From positions 111,873 to 175,872 of IMG/VR virus record IMGVR_UViG_3300045988_078601: a DNA stretch of 64,000 bases, one strand, 5' to 3'. The translations under genes and the position numbers were made by a program. This document shows positions 1 to 10,336 of this stretch, in pieces. Position 1 is the first letter of the stretch, and every line of letters starts with the position of its first letter. The notes under the pieces were generated by a model. The model was not told the origin of the DNA. It made no database searches and saw nothing but the letters and a program-made list of their open reading frames with translations. Source of the DNA: a virus.

Positions 1-71
1 CGATAAACCAGACCACCTCTTAAAATCTTCCTTGCTTATTTCTCTCTCATTATTAACAATTATTTTGTAAT

Positions 72-437
72 TCATTCTAATATGACCTCAAAATCATCCA
101 CATTCCAGTTCTCCAAATCTTCCACTTCTGGTACTGGGTCAGTATATCCACCCTCATACGCATAATTACCTAAGTAAATATGAGCATCCTGCGGTAAGGT
201 AATTTGATCTTCAACTGCCTTTTTCAGATTGCATCCTGAATAATCAATATCCTCGAAATACTCACCATCTTCATCTTTACCTGAGTCAACAACTTCATAG
301 TCTGATACTTTAATCTTTACAGTCTTACTAAGAGTTACACTTACTGTAACTTCTATCTCCCTTTCGGGATTATCCACCTGGTTCCATGGAGCTAATTCAT
401 TGTCTGCTCCAACTGGATAGTTGACGTTATCGTACAT
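72..437 (-). CDS. hypothetical protein (acidic)
   Basis: 121-aa ORF on the dominant minus strand; no recognisable motifs. Confidence 0.3.
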   Translation of the reverse strand: MYDNVNYPVGADNELAPWNQVDNPEREIEVTVSVTLSKTVKIKVSDYEVVDSGKDEDGEYFEDIDYSGCNLKKAVEDQITLPQDAHIYLGNYAYEGGYTDPVPEVEDLENWNVDDFEVILE

Positions 438-673
438 CGAATCGGTTATTTGCGTAAATATTAGCTACAACATTGGTAACGAAATCTTTAATATCCTCGT
501 TTGAACCTTCCTTGTCGCGTTCTACAAGATACTTACATATAGCTTTTAGCATTAAATTATTTTCCCTAAGTAACCGTAACACTTCATCCATAATAAAAAA
601 AAAATGGGAGAACAGCATTAAGCCATTCTCCCATTCACTTAATGCTCATCGTGTAAAAAAGTATATCTCAAAA

Positions 674-1030
674 TTACTCATCCTCAACCAGCAGTCTCCA
701 TATATGTTCAGTTAAGTAGCACAGAGGCTCTTGGTCCATACCAGGTTCTATCTTCATTGAGCAATCCTCGTAAACACTCATAGCAACGTGTAGAGCTTCA
801 TGAACCAAGTCACCTTGATCATGTCCTTCGGTCACAAATACTAGATAACCTGAATAATCTCCCTTGTTACATGAAAAAACTACAGCATTCCACGAGTCCT
901 CTATGTCTTGATTAGTAAGAGCATAGTCTTCAGCACTCAAATCAAATTGACCTTTTATTTGGTCAAAATTCTCACCCTTTGCAACCCACATTTTTCTTGG
1001 ATATGGGGTCAACTTATATTCTTTTAGCAT
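674..1030 (-). CDS. hypothetical protein
   Basis: 118-aa minus-strand ORF, tightly packed with neighbours. Confidence 0.3.
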   Translation of the reverse strand: MLKEYKLTPYPRKMWVAKGENFDQIKGQFDLSAEDYALTNQDIEDSWNAVVFSCNKGDYSGYLVFVTEGHDQGDLVHEALHVAMSVYEDCSMKIEPGMDQEPLCYLTEHIWRLLVEDE

Positions 1031-1205
1031 TCCTCTGAGCTTGGTAAAGAATTATATACCTCATCATATAGAGATTCAGGTATAGCATAAGTAGAATCGG
1101 GGCAAGGATGTCCTTCAATCTCAATACAGAATATACACTCACTCCAGCGTGGGTGGTCCATTAAATACTGGATTTCGGGCCAACCTACTAAAACATATTT
1201 TTCTT

Positions 1206-1505
1206 TCATTCGGATTTCATGTTAGTTATATACTCTTCTGCCCAGGATTCTAAATCCTCATCTTCCGGGCAGTCAACATAATCTATAGCTAGCTTTTCAT
1301 ATCCTTGTTTGGAATACTCCATACCCAATCGGACAAGATCTAACGCATCACAGCAGTCATGTAAACTTCTTCCTATAATAGCATCTTCAGGACACTCCCA
1401 TAAGTCAGATACGCAATATATCGGCTCATTAGAGTCAACGTCCCACAGCTGTTGGAAATGACTACAACTGTCTTCCTGTTCAAATATAATAAGATGTTTA
1501 TCCAT
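1206..1505 (-). CDS. hypothetical protein (start moved to internal Met to avoid overlap with polymerase)
   Basis: ORF 1206..1586; ATG at 1503-1505 gives non-overlapping start immediately downstream of pol stop. Confidence 0.3.
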   Translation of the reverse strand: MDKHLIIFEQEDSCSHFQQLWDVDSNEPIYCVSDLWECPEDAIIGRSLHDCCDALDLVRLGMEYSKQGYEKLAIDYVDCPEDEDLESWAEEYITNMKSE

Positions 1506-1509
1506 AAAA

Positions 1510-3780
1510 TTAATGAATCCAATAATCACCAACAGATATATCTGCCCCAAGAAAAACATTAGGACAGAATGGTTTACCTCCGGCAATCATACATTTAACT
1601 AATGTATCTGATACTAAGTCCTGCATTTCTTTAGGACATTCTATATTCCATTCATCATGAACTGGAGCACACATCTTAACTATATTCTGATAATTATTTT
1701 GAACAATCCAATTAAAGAACTTAATTGATGCAAGTTTGAAACAGCAAGCACCACGATTCTGGATTCGATAATTAATCGCCTGACGTTCGGATGCTGATTT
1801 TCTTGCATTAAATTCCTTAACTTCTTGTACAGTATCGCAATATGGATTGCTCTTACGCATCTCCCAATAATAGCTCATAAAATCTCTATCCTTCATCTTT
1901 TCCATTGTCTTTTTCAGACTAGAATAATCAAAGATATGAGCTCTATGACCTACAACAGGATTCATCAATATGTAACCCTTTTCCATTACGTCTCTTCTAC
2001 AGTAATCTTGATACTGCTTGATCCCAGGAAAGGCTTCCATAAAGTTATTATAGATACGCTCTGCTTCCTTCATTTCAAAGCCTTTATTAGCATGTAAGGT
2101 GTGTGCATCTCCCCCATAGAAAATACCAAACTCTACACCTTTCGCATTTTGCCTATAATCCTTGTACTTTTCCTTAACCTCCTCGTCGGTAAGATTTCCA
2201 AGTAAACTAGGCCAACAAGACTTAGCAACTTCACTATGAAGATCTCCTCCATTTGATAGGATTTCAATCATTTTAGCATCTTTACTTACAGAAGCGGTAA
2301 TAGCACTCTCTTGTCCTGAGTAGTCACAGGAAATCCATACATTACCTTTTTCAGCAGTAAAGCAGGCTCTAGTCTCTTTATCATGTGGGAGATTCTGGAG
2401 ATTTAATTTATATACGCCTCCTCCAGAACTAACCCTAGCCGTATCTGTTCCTATAGAATGTAACTCTACATGGATTCTACCAGTTTTAGGATTGATAGCC
2501 TTTAACCAATTATCTCCATAAGTAGAAACCACTTTAGAAGCCCCCTGATAGTCAAGATACAGAGATATAATGGGGAAGTCTTTAGCCTGGGGAGCTAATA
2601 ACTTTTCTTCTACAGACTTCTTTTCCTTTTTGGTTTTCTTATCAAAAGTCTTAACTTGTATACCAAGCTCTTCAAACAGTGGGATAACCTGTTTTGAGCT
2701 ACTCCAGTTAATAGTACATCTAGGATTAGGGTCAAACCCGTTAAATAAATCACCCTGAGTATCCTTAACTGTGTATTTACTCTTCTGAGGCTTCTTTTTA
2801 TATGCTTGAAGCCTATTACCTGGGTACATTGGACTAGGCTTATCGCCTGCCTGATATCTAATATAGCCATGGTCCAATAACCATTGCGCATCCGATTTCG
2901 GGCTAATATTAGGATCAACATATTCAATCTCGTTTCCTGGAGAAACAGACTGAGCTCTATCCTTTTCCCAATTTACTACCCAGTCATTTAATGCTTTCTC
3001 AGCATTTCTTAGACGAGCTAAATCGCTATTCATTTTAGCAGTCCATTTAGTTATATCCAAATGAACTCCACAATGCTTAGCATAGGCAAGAGGTTTAATA
3101 AACTCACATTCAAAGGTCATTGCCCTTTGTAAGTCCTGTCTATCAAGCTCTTTATCTTGTTCGGCTTTAATATCCTCAAGCCACATAACATCCCCTGCAG
3201 CATACACTACAACCTCCTCAGTAAGACCTTCATCAATAATTTTTCCTCGAACGGTCTTATCAATATCAATTCCACATCTTCTCATAGCTGCAGCACGTAA
3301 GGAATAACTAATTTCATAGTACTTTATTTCCCCAGTGTTAGGATCTGTTACAGGAGTATACTCTAACAAGTTGAGCTTATTATAGAGTGCTACACTAAGA
3401 GCTGGAGGATAACCAAGAAATATCAACTTCTCAGCAATCATACCATCCCAGAGATGTCTAGGCCAAATATCGTTTACATACAAAAATCCCAAATCAAACA
3501 TTAAATTCCAGCCTAAAAAGACTCTGTCAGATTCAAAATATGCTTTCAGCTGCAACCGCTCTGCCTTGGTTAGAGTTGTCCAATCGAAGACTATCTGAAA
3601 TTTCTTACATCCTAATTGAATAGTAAGTAATTCTTTTGTATGGGGGTCCAAACCCATAGTTTCAGTATCAAACTGAGCGAGTTTTAGAGGCAACAATAGT
3701 TTCATTGCCTCAGAAAACTCAATCTGTTTATACTTAGTTGGACTGAATAAGCTTTTGTTCCTGCTTACAAGATAGATCAT
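1510..3780 (-). CDS. DNA polymerase I family (Pol A) with N-terminal DnaQ-like 3'-5' exonuclease
   Basis: Exo motif FDTETMGLD; Pol A motif A DYSGQESAI, motif B RQNAKGVEFGIFYGG, motif C VHDEW; 756 aa. Confidence 0.9.
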   Translation of the reverse strand: MIYLVSRNKSLFSPTKYKQIEFSEAMKLLLPLKLAQFDTETMGLDPHTKELLTIQLGCKKFQIVFDWTTLTKAERLQLKAYFESDRVFLGWNLMFDLGFLYVNDIWPRHLWDGMIAEKLIFLGYPPALSVALYNKLNLLEYTPVTDPNTGEIKYYEISYSLRAAAMRRCGIDIDKTVRGKIIDEGLTEEVVVYAAGDVMWLEDIKAEQDKELDRQDLQRAMTFECEFIKPLAYAKHCGVHLDITKWTAKMNSDLARLRNAEKALNDWVVNWEKDRAQSVSPGNEIEYVDPNISPKSDAQWLLDHGYIRYQAGDKPSPMYPGNRLQAYKKKPQKSKYTVKDTQGDLFNGFDPNPRCTINWSSSKQVIPLFEELGIQVKTFDKKTKKEKKSVEEKLLAPQAKDFPIISLYLDYQGASKVVSTYGDNWLKAINPKTGRIHVELHSIGTDTARVSSGGGVYKLNLQNLPHDKETRACFTAEKGNVWISCDYSGQESAITASVSKDAKMIEILSNGGDLHSEVAKSCWPSLLGNLTDEEVKEKYKDYRQNAKGVEFGIFYGGDAHTLHANKGFEMKEAERIYNNFMEAFPGIKQYQDYCRRDVMEKGYILMNPVVGHRAHIFDYSSLKKTMEKMKDRDFMSYYWEMRKSNPYCDTVQEVKEFNARKSASERQAINYRIQNRGACCFKLASIKFFNWIVQNNYQNIVKMCAPVHDEWNIECPKEMQDLVSDTLVKCMIAGGKPFCPNVFLGADISVGDYWIH

Positions 3781-4381
3781 TATAGTACAATAAAGTAGGA
3801 TTATTCTTATGTATATCTATTGTACTCAAGTTATTATCTTTAAGTAGGGAATCAAACTGCTTAGTATCAAAGCCATTACATATCAAGTGAAAACCGTGAA
3901 CTGTAGGAACTCGATAAAGAGTAAAATCTTGCGTATGTCGACAAGACCTTATAATGTTAGTTATAAGTTCAATTTCATCTGGATTATCTACATCAATTAC
4001 CCATAGTGCTTTATAGCCTCGAGCTCTTACTCCTCCGCATACACTATCCCAAATATTATTTCCTTGAAAGGCATTATTATTAAGTACCAAGTCAGTATAT
4101 CTTTTGATGCATTCAAGAGCAGCTTCCTTGGCGTTTCTAACATTTGGATTGATATATGCTCTAGCATTGTTACTTTCGCATAATTCCTTTATTCTGCCTT
4201 TTAAATTGTCAAAGTCCTCTAAGCTGTATATATAATAAGACCTAATCAGTCTATATCCATTTCGTACATGAAGACCTTCATTTCCATCCTTCTTTCTTTG
4301 TATTATTTGAACAAAGTAAAATTCGTCTGGACTGTTAAATACGAGATGTTCTCGTATTAACTCAAAATTATCTATTATCAT
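3734..4381 (-). CDS. hypothetical protein
   Basis: 215-aa minus ORF. Confidence 0.35.
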   Translation of the reverse strand: MIIDNFELIREHLVFNSPDEFYFVQIIQRKKDGNEGLHVRNGYRLIRSYYIYSLEDFDNLKGRIKELCESNNARAYINPNVRNAKEAALECIKRYTDLVLNNNAFQGNNIWDSVCGGVRARGYKALWVIDVDNPDEIELITNIIRSCRHTQDFTLYRVPTVHGFHLICNGFDTKQFDSLLKDNNLSTIDIHKNNPTLLYYNDLSCKQEQKLIQSN

Positions 4382-4632
4382 TTTTTACGTGGATCATTTG
4401 TGTAAATTGGTTCATATGAATCAGGTTTGTTTAGGTATATTTCCCTTGTAGGACCATCTTCAATAGTTGGATCCAAAAGTATTTCAGTATCATATAACAT
4501 CTCGTCTTCAACAGGGTAATAATCCCCTTCTAGACACTTTTTGATAGCCTCATCTAAATTATCAGCCTCCACTGTTATATGCGACCGTCTCCAAACTTCA
4601 ACCTTCTCATCTAAAATTAAGTCGTAGGACAT
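4378..4632 (-). CDS. hypothetical protein
   Basis: 84-aa ORF, 4-nt overlap with upstream gene. Confidence 0.3.
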   Translation of the reverse strand: MSYDLILDEKVEVWRRSHITVEADNLDEAIKKCLEGDYYPVEDEMLYDTEILLDPTIEDGPTREIYLNKPDSYEPIYTNDPRKK

Positions 4633-5084
4633 AAGTTATATTCAGTTTTGTACTTATTATACAAATCTCTGATAACCTTCTCTCCAATAGGAATATCCCT
4701 TTTAGAATCTCTTTCTATGAGTGTTTCCAGAGGTACATCAAAGAAGGTTTTATACTCAATGTCATAATGAATCTTCAACGGAGATAAACCTATCCATTCG
4801 TTGAACTCTGCTACGTACTGTTCTATCTCCAAGATGGTTTTCTTATTAAGGTTCATGTTATCAATAACAATGTCGTATCCAGCTAACATAGCCTCATTCA
4901 TAAAACTATCATAGATAGTGTTTATTAAACCCTCTCTGGATGGAACCCAGTATGTTCCAAGCATATTTCTTACATCATCACGGTTAAATCTGACTCTATG
5001 CTTAGAATCTTCAGCAGCCCATTGTTTAGCCCAAGTACTCTTCCCACTTGCAGGAAGACCTTGACAGATAATTATTTTTGCCAT
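4617..5084 (-). CDS. P-loop nucleotide/polynucleotide kinase-like protein (AAA_33/PNK-like)
   Basis: N-terminal Walker A GLPASGKST, ~155 aa kinase-sized, Walker-B-like IVIDNMN. Confidence 0.5.
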   Translation of the reverse strand: MAKIIICQGLPASGKSTWAKQWAAEDSKHRVRFNRDDVRNMLGTYWVPSREGLINTIYDSFMNEAMLAGYDIVIDNMNLNKKTILEIEQYVAEFNEWIGLSPLKIHYDIEYKTFFDVPLETLIERDSKRDIPIGEKVIRDLYNKYKTEYNLCPTT

Positions 5085-5090
5085 AGTTTT

Positions 5091-5360
5091 TTAATTAGAT
5101 AATTTTTCCTTTAATCTCTGTAATTTTCTCTCCTTTTCAGCCTCTACTAAACCCTTTCCAAAGTAACAAGCCATCTGTTCGCACATAATCATAACGTCTG
5201 CCACTTCAGTTATGACATCACTATCAGAAACTCTCCCTCTTCTATATTTACATAGAGCATTAATTAGTTCCGAGCACTCCTCACTTACCATAGTAGCCTG
5301 GGCTTCAAAACCATATGTAAATAATGCTCTTTTGCATATTTCCTCCTCGTTTTGTGTCAT
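5091..5360 (-). CDS. MazG-like nucleotide pyrophosphohydrolase (small all-alpha type)
   Basis: 89 aa; EExxE/acidic helix pattern EECSELINAL...EVADVMIM typical of phage MazG-like proteins. Confidence 0.4.
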   Translation of the reverse strand: MTQNEEEICKRALFTYGFEAQATMVSEECSELINALCKYRRGRVSDSDVITEVADVMIMCEQMACYFGKGLVEAEKERKLQRLKEKLSN

Positions 5361-6211
5361 AATAAATCCTTTAATTCATCAGCATAATTTTTCTTAATAT
5401 AGCTTAACGTGCTATGTTGAATCTGTCTAACTCTTTCTCCACCAATCCCAAAACGATTAGCTATCTCATCATTTGGCATTGGATTCATTCCTATTCCAAA
5501 AGACATTCTTATAATGTCCCTATCCCTATATGGGAGTTTTGCAAGAACTGACTCAATTCCATTGGTAACATCATTCTTACTAACATCACTATCAGCAGGA
5601 GTAGAATCCTCATTAGGAAGAACATCTAGAAGACAACTGACCTCTTCATCTTTAAAGGGGCTGTCAAGAGAAACAGCCTTATTATTAGAAGCTAGAGTGA
5701 CTCCAATTTTACTGGCATCCAGATTTACTTCTTCTTCTATTTCTTCTGGGGAAGGCCGCCTTCCATGAATTTGTTCAAATTTGTCTGATACTTTATTTAT
5801 CTTACTAATAGACACCACCTGACTCATTGGTACTCTAATAGTCCTACATTGGTCAGAGATTGCTTTCATAATAGATTGACGAATCCACCATACAGCATAG
5901 GATATGAACCTGAATCCTCTACTCTCATCAAATTTCTTGCTGGCCTCAATAAGCCCACAATTTCCCTCTTGAATAAGGTCTATAAGAGGAAGTCCTTTTC
6001 CCTGATATTGTTTTGCAACAGAGATTACAAAACGTAAATTAGCACGTATTAGCTTTTCAGCAGCGGCGTCATTTCCTTTCTTTATCTCTTTAGTTAATTC
6101 TATCTCCTCTTCTGGACTAATCATAGGCTGTTTAGATACATCCTTAAAGTATAACCCTAAGGATGCATCTTGCCTATCAGTAATAGATGGTGTTATTTTC
6201 AGACTTTTCAT
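5357..6211 (-). CDS. sigma-70 family RNA polymerase sigma factor
   Basis: Region 2 DLIQEGNCGLIEASKKFD...FISYAVWWIRQSI; region 4 HTH ANRFGIGGERVRQIQ. Confidence 0.8.
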   Translation of the reverse strand: MKSLKITPSITDRQDASLGLYFKDVSKQPMISPEEEIELTKEIKKGNDAAAEKLIRANLRFVISVAKQYQGKGLPLIDLIQEGNCGLIEASKKFDESRGFRFISYAVWWIRQSIMKAISDQCRTIRVPMSQVVSISKINKVSDKFEQIHGRRPSPEEIEEEVNLDASKIGVTLASNNKAVSLDSPFKDEEVSCLLDVLPNEDSTPADSDVSKNDVTNGIESVLAKLPYRDRDIIRMSFGIGMNPMPNDEIANRFGIGGERVRQIQHSTLSYIKKNYADELKDLL

Positions 6212-6876
6212 TCAACTTTTATACCATTCGCAACCGAATATTCTGCTGTATCTTCACTTAGAGATAATGCCAGAGAAGTTTGGGCGGCTTGAATTTCGAG
6301 ATCATTCTTAGCTACACGATAACAAGCAGCATAAGAATTTATATGTCCGTAATTGTTTACGACGTTATCTCTAGAAGATACAGATGACATTCGAATTCCC
6401 AAAGCATTAGCGTCATCAAGAGAAGTTAAATCAGTTCCCATATATACAAAGGACCAATTATATTTTTCCTCCTGATGTTTAATACGATCTTTTACATCCT
6501 GGAAAGAATACTCTTTAGAAGCATTCTCACAACCATCTGTCATAATTACAATCAGATTCTTAGAAGGACGTTCGGATTCATCCATATCGCTTAACCACAA
6601 TCCAATTTCATCAATTGCAGTACCAATACCGTCATTCATAGCGGTACATCCTCCAGGGTTATATTCCAAAGGCTGTACTTCCTCAACAGGCTTACCTATA
6701 AAGTCAGACTTTACCGTATCTGCAAATCTATAAACAGATACAATACATTCTCCATCTTTAATCTGTTTTTGTTCGTCTATAAGTTTTTGAAATCCACCTA
6801 TAACGTCGTTAACAGAACCATACATTGAACCACTCTCGTCAAGTACAAAACAAATGTGCAATAAATTACTTTTCAT
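6208..6876 (-). CDS. von Willebrand factor A (vWA) domain protein
   Basis: MIDAS motif VLDESGSM near N-terminus; 4-nt overlap with sigma factor gene (co-operonic). Confidence 0.7.
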   Translation of the reverse strand: MKSNLLHICFVLDESGSMYGSVNDVIGGFQKLIDEQKQIKDGECIVSVYRFADTVKSDFIGKPVEEVQPLEYNPGGCTAMNDGIGTAIDEIGLWLSDMDESERPSKNLIVIMTDGCENASKEYSFQDVKDRIKHQEEKYNWSFVYMGTDLTSLDDANALGIRMSSVSSRDNVVNNYGHINSYAACYRVAKNDLEIQAAQTSLALSLSEDTAEYSVANGIKVE

Positions 6877-7223
6877 TATTTATCCTTTTTTATAATTAAT
6901 TTAGGTTTCCAAATCTCTCCAACTTGTCCTTTGTTACATCCTAGTCCTATCCATTGAATGTTTGGAAAATATTCAAATATATAGATTAGGACGTTAACAT
7001 TCAAATTCGGAATTTCAAAATCATTCCAATATAATAATACATACTCTTCATCTCCTGATTTATAGTAATATCCCCTAACAGTATGAATAAAAGGTACTCC
7101 AATGTCTTGGAACCACTCTGCATGAGAGCTATTCATATGTTTAGATGTAGGGAATTTTATTAAAAGTGTATCAGGATCTAAATATAAAGGCTTTCTTATA
7201 GTATGAAATTCTTGTACTGTCAC
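6876..7223 (-). CDS. hypothetical protein
   Basis: 115-aa ORF. Confidence 0.3.
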   Translation of the reverse strand: MTVQEFHTIRKPLYLDPDTLLIKFPTSKHMNSSHAEWFQDIGVPFIHTVRGYYYKSGDEEYVLLYWNDFEIPNLNVNVLIYIFEYFPNIQWIGLGCNKGQVGEIWKPKLIIKKDK

Positions 7224-7235
7224 AATATAAAAATT

Positions 7236-8606
7236 TTAAGCTTCGTCTTCAATATTACCTTCTCCCTTATCAAGAAGCTCTTGTTCTTTGTTAAGGAATC
7301 TAAAACATTTCAACTTAAAGGCTCTCGTAACTCCATCATCAATCTTAATTACCAAACCTTCATGAGGAACCTTGTTCACACAGTGAGGGGAATCCATTTC
7401 CATATAGAATTGCTTGTCATTAGCAAGCTTATCTATAAAGTTCTCACTCCAGTGATTTGCTGGATCAAGCTCTGGATATAAATCCTTAGCTAATCCACAG
7501 TAGCATTCTTCAACCGGCGTAAGACCTACACTAGCACACCATTGCTGAACTTGATGCGGAGTGTATTCAAATACTTGTCCATCCACATTGGTGTAAGTTA
7601 CACGATAAATTCTTACTTTGAAGTGCTTTTCTGGTGTATAAGCTTCTCCTTCCTTTGGAGGAACACATCCATAATCATACTTCTTTTGAATACATTTTCC
7701 ATTAGGAAGATAACCTACAATTTCATAGTAAGCAGTCTGCCCCTTTGCCAGACACGGTCTAACAATCTTATCAGCTTCTGCCCATACATCAACACCATAG
7801 AAGCCACCTCCGACATTATGATTATAATATTTATTCTTGATAACAGTTCTAGAAGAATAAACATAATCATATCTGTTGAATTCTTCCCCAGTAAGCCACT
7901 TAGCTAACTTTTGTTTCCAGTTCAAAGGTTGTTTACACAGCACATATGCTGAGATACCAGAAGTACCATGAATCTTGTATGATAACTGAATTCTAGATTC
8001 CGGAGTAATTATATTAGGACATTTCTTAATAAGAGTTGTGTCGTAATGAAATCTAAATTGCGTGTCGATGATTTTGTCGATACCTTTCGGGATTTTCTTT
8101 GTGATTTTTCCCGTTGATGCGCCTGAAACATATGTTCTTTTAGCGACATATTTCTTGCTAATCCAGAATTCCTTTCCTCCATCGGAAACCGCGTCGAATT
8201 CAATGCCCTCTTTGACATTTTCTACTTCTTTATTAGTTACTGATACAATATAATTTTCAAGAACGGTTACAGGAAGAATAAAGCCTTCCGATAATTCACC
8301 TCTTAGCCTAATAGCCTTAACCCGGCCATTGTCATCAAACATACCAGATTGCTCAGGATCCTTGTTAAGTTCTTTATGTCTATATAAGTTAGCATAGCTT
8401 AAGAGGTCCCCATTAATACATGACAGGGCTGGAAAGTATACATACAGTCCGGGCTCTGAATCAATACCAGTAATAATATTGAAACCATCAATGGTGCAAC
8501 ATTTAAGTTTACTTACTTCAGGGTCGGAATGTTGTCTGAATGTAGTAATGTTTACAATCTTTGACAAGTAGTTTTCACTTGCCTTCTTACTTTTAATTAA
8601 CTTCAT
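7236..8606 (-). CDS. ATP-dependent RNA ligase (Rnl2-like nucleotidyltransferase)
   Basis: Motif I KIHGTSG matches T4 Rnl2 KIHGTN lysine-adenylylation motif; 456 aa. Confidence 0.5.
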   Translation of the reverse strand: MKLIKSKKASENYLSKIVNITTFRQHSDPEVSKLKCCTIDGFNIITGIDSEPGLYVYFPALSCINGDLLSYANLYRHKELNKDPEQSGMFDDNGRVKAIRLRGELSEGFILPVTVLENYIVSVTNKEVENVKEGIEFDAVSDGGKEFWISKKYVAKRTYVSGASTGKITKKIPKGIDKIIDTQFRFHYDTTLIKKCPNIITPESRIQLSYKIHGTSGISAYVLCKQPLNWKQKLAKWLTGEEFNRYDYVYSSRTVIKNKYYNHNVGGGFYGVDVWAEADKIVRPCLAKGQTAYYEIVGYLPNGKCIQKKYDYGCVPPKEGEAYTPEKHFKVRIYRVTYTNVDGQVFEYTPHQVQQWCASVGLTPVEECYCGLAKDLYPELDPANHWSENFIDKLANDKQFYMEMDSPHCVNKVPHEGLVIKIDDGVTRAFKLKCFRFLNKEQELLDKGEGNIEDEA

Positions 8607-8631
8607 ACTTTTTATATTTTACATTAAGAGA

Positions 8632-9288
8632 TTATAATCCTGTTTGAGATGTAAGGAAATTAATATTTCCCTTACCAATTATATGTGCGTCCCCATCTTC
8701 ATCTATGTGATACTGAATGTCTCCATCAAAATCTGGTATAACAGTAACACACCAGGGATGTTCTTCTATCCATTTAGAGAAGTCTGGATTATAAATCAGA
8801 ACTTCTTCAAGAAGGAATACTGCCACCATTCCAGCATCAGCACAAAATACACCGAGCTTTTTCATATCCACGGTAGCGTCAGCCATTTTGTCATCATATA
8901 TTTTACTCTGTACTGAATCTCTTCCATATTCCTCTATAGCTTTCCAAGCAGTTTCAGAGAGTTTATTGAGCTCCTCTAGCTGAACTTCTACATCTTTACG
9001 AGGGGTAGACCATGTAGTACAGCTCCAATCTCCGTAGATAGTAGGCTCAGAAATAAAAGATGAGAAACCTAGTCTTTCCATATGACTACCATATTCACAT
9101 GTTTTCCAGTCATCATAAGGATCTACTAATGCACGATAGGCGTTTACTTCTCTCTGGTACTCTGATATATCCTTATCATCGTTATAACTTGGATATTTTA
9201 CAGTTATCCCAGCTTCCTTTAAACGGTCATTCATATCCTTGATAATATAACAAGGGTCTGTAATTATAATAGTTCCTTTAAATTTCAT
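8632..9288 (-). CDS. hypothetical protein
   Basis: 218-aa ORF. Confidence 0.3.
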   Translation of the reverse strand: MKFKGTIIITDPCYIIKDMNDRLKEAGITVKYPSYNDDKDISEYQREVNAYRALVDPYDDWKTCEYGSHMERLGFSSFISEPTIYGDWSCTTWSTPRKDVEVQLEELNKLSETAWKAIEEYGRDSVQSKIYDDKMADATVDMKKLGVFCADAGMVAVFLLEEVLIYNPDFSKWIEEHPWCVTVIPDFDGDIQYHIDEDGDAHIIGKGNINFLTSQTGL

Positions 9289-10067
9289 ATCATAAAATGT
9301 TCTTTCATATAATTAAGTACCTGTTCCTTTAGTTCATCTGTGGACATTTCGTTTACATTTTGCTCATACCACTTATAAGGTCTAAGAGGATTGTCAGTCT
9401 TTTCAGAACGATTATATATGAGTTTCTCTGTAAACATATTGTAACGGAAATCTAATTCCCACAAATTATGCCCATTTGGATGTCTAAAAGTAATATAAGG
9501 CTCCGTTTCAGATATTGCAGCACCAACAGGTAGAAATGTACTACTGTACTGTTTCCATCCCAAATCGGAGAGCATCTTACAATGTTTCTCTAGAAATTTT
9601 TCAGTTTCTTTAATGTAGCCTAGAGCGATTTTATTCTTGGCAGCAATTGGATTTCTAGCCATATACAAAGCCTTCATAAAATTCTCATAGGTGAAACTGT
9701 TAAAGTTTTCAGTAGAGTTATTTGAAGTTAAGTGTATCTCACCCTTCCATACTAGAGTATACCCTTCGCTTTCAAATCTACCTCCTTGATACCCAAATTC
9801 ATCAGTTTTAATGGACACACCGGTTACTTCACATTGAGACCAATCAATTTCAAATTCGTCTCCCTCCTTAAGAGTATTACGCAGAAAATCACAGTACTCC
9901 TCAGTGTAGCGTGTATGAGTTACTAAGTGTAGTCCATCTTTAGCATACCAATCAATATCAGTTAGCTCAGAATCTAGATATCCAAAATATCTAGACTCGA
10001 AGCCCAAAGACTCCAGAAGTTCTTTCCAACTAGAGAGTCTATTATCTGCTAAGTTATTCTTTATCAT
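9285..10067 (-). CDS. hypothetical protein
   Basis: 260-aa ORF, 4-nt overlap with downstream gene. Confidence 0.3.
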   Translation of the reverse strand: MIKNNLADNRLSSWKELLESLGFESRYFGYLDSELTDIDWYAKDGLHLVTHTRYTEEYCDFLRNTLKEGDEFEIDWSQCEVTGVSIKTDEFGYQGGRFESEGYTLVWKGEIHLTSNNSTENFNSFTYENFMKALYMARNPIAAKNKIALGYIKETEKFLEKHCKMLSDLGWKQYSSTFLPVGAAISETEPYITFRHPNGHNLWELDFRYNMFTEKLIYNRSEKTDNPLRPYKWYEQNVNEMSTDELKEQVLNYMKEHFMI

Positions 10068-10335
10068 GTTTATTTCTTATTCCAACTCTTAACGTCCAAA
10101 CATCATCAAGACAATCATTAATCCAATCTATTAACCATATGTCCCACATGACGTTGAATTCTAATTCAAGCCTACTTATTATACTCATGACTTGTTCTAA
10201 GTAACGGTAGAAATCTCCTCTACCGTTAAGACCTCCGTAAAATGTGAGTATATCATAATCGTCCTTCTCCTCTACAGAATGAAGTGAGACCCCAGCAGGT
10301 TTTAGGCTATCAATGACTTTATTATAGTTTCTCAT
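10054..10335 (-). CDS. hypothetical protein
   Basis: 93-aa ORF. Confidence 0.25.
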   Translation of the reverse strand: MRNYNKVIDSLKPAGVSLHSVEEKDDYDILTFYGGLNGRGDFYRYLEQVMSIISRLELEFNVMWDIWLIDWINDCLDDVWTLRVGIRNKHDKE

Positions 10336-10336
10336 A

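Noticed and set aside
1825-2097. Plus-strand ORFs embedded in minus-strand genes (e.g. 1825..2097, 2570..2758, 26179..26595, 30357..30716, 38604..38990, 47076..47438, 55963..56313)
   Set aside because: All lie antisense within longer, motif-supported minus-strand genes; compositionally odd (Ser/Leu/Phe-rich); no independent signals
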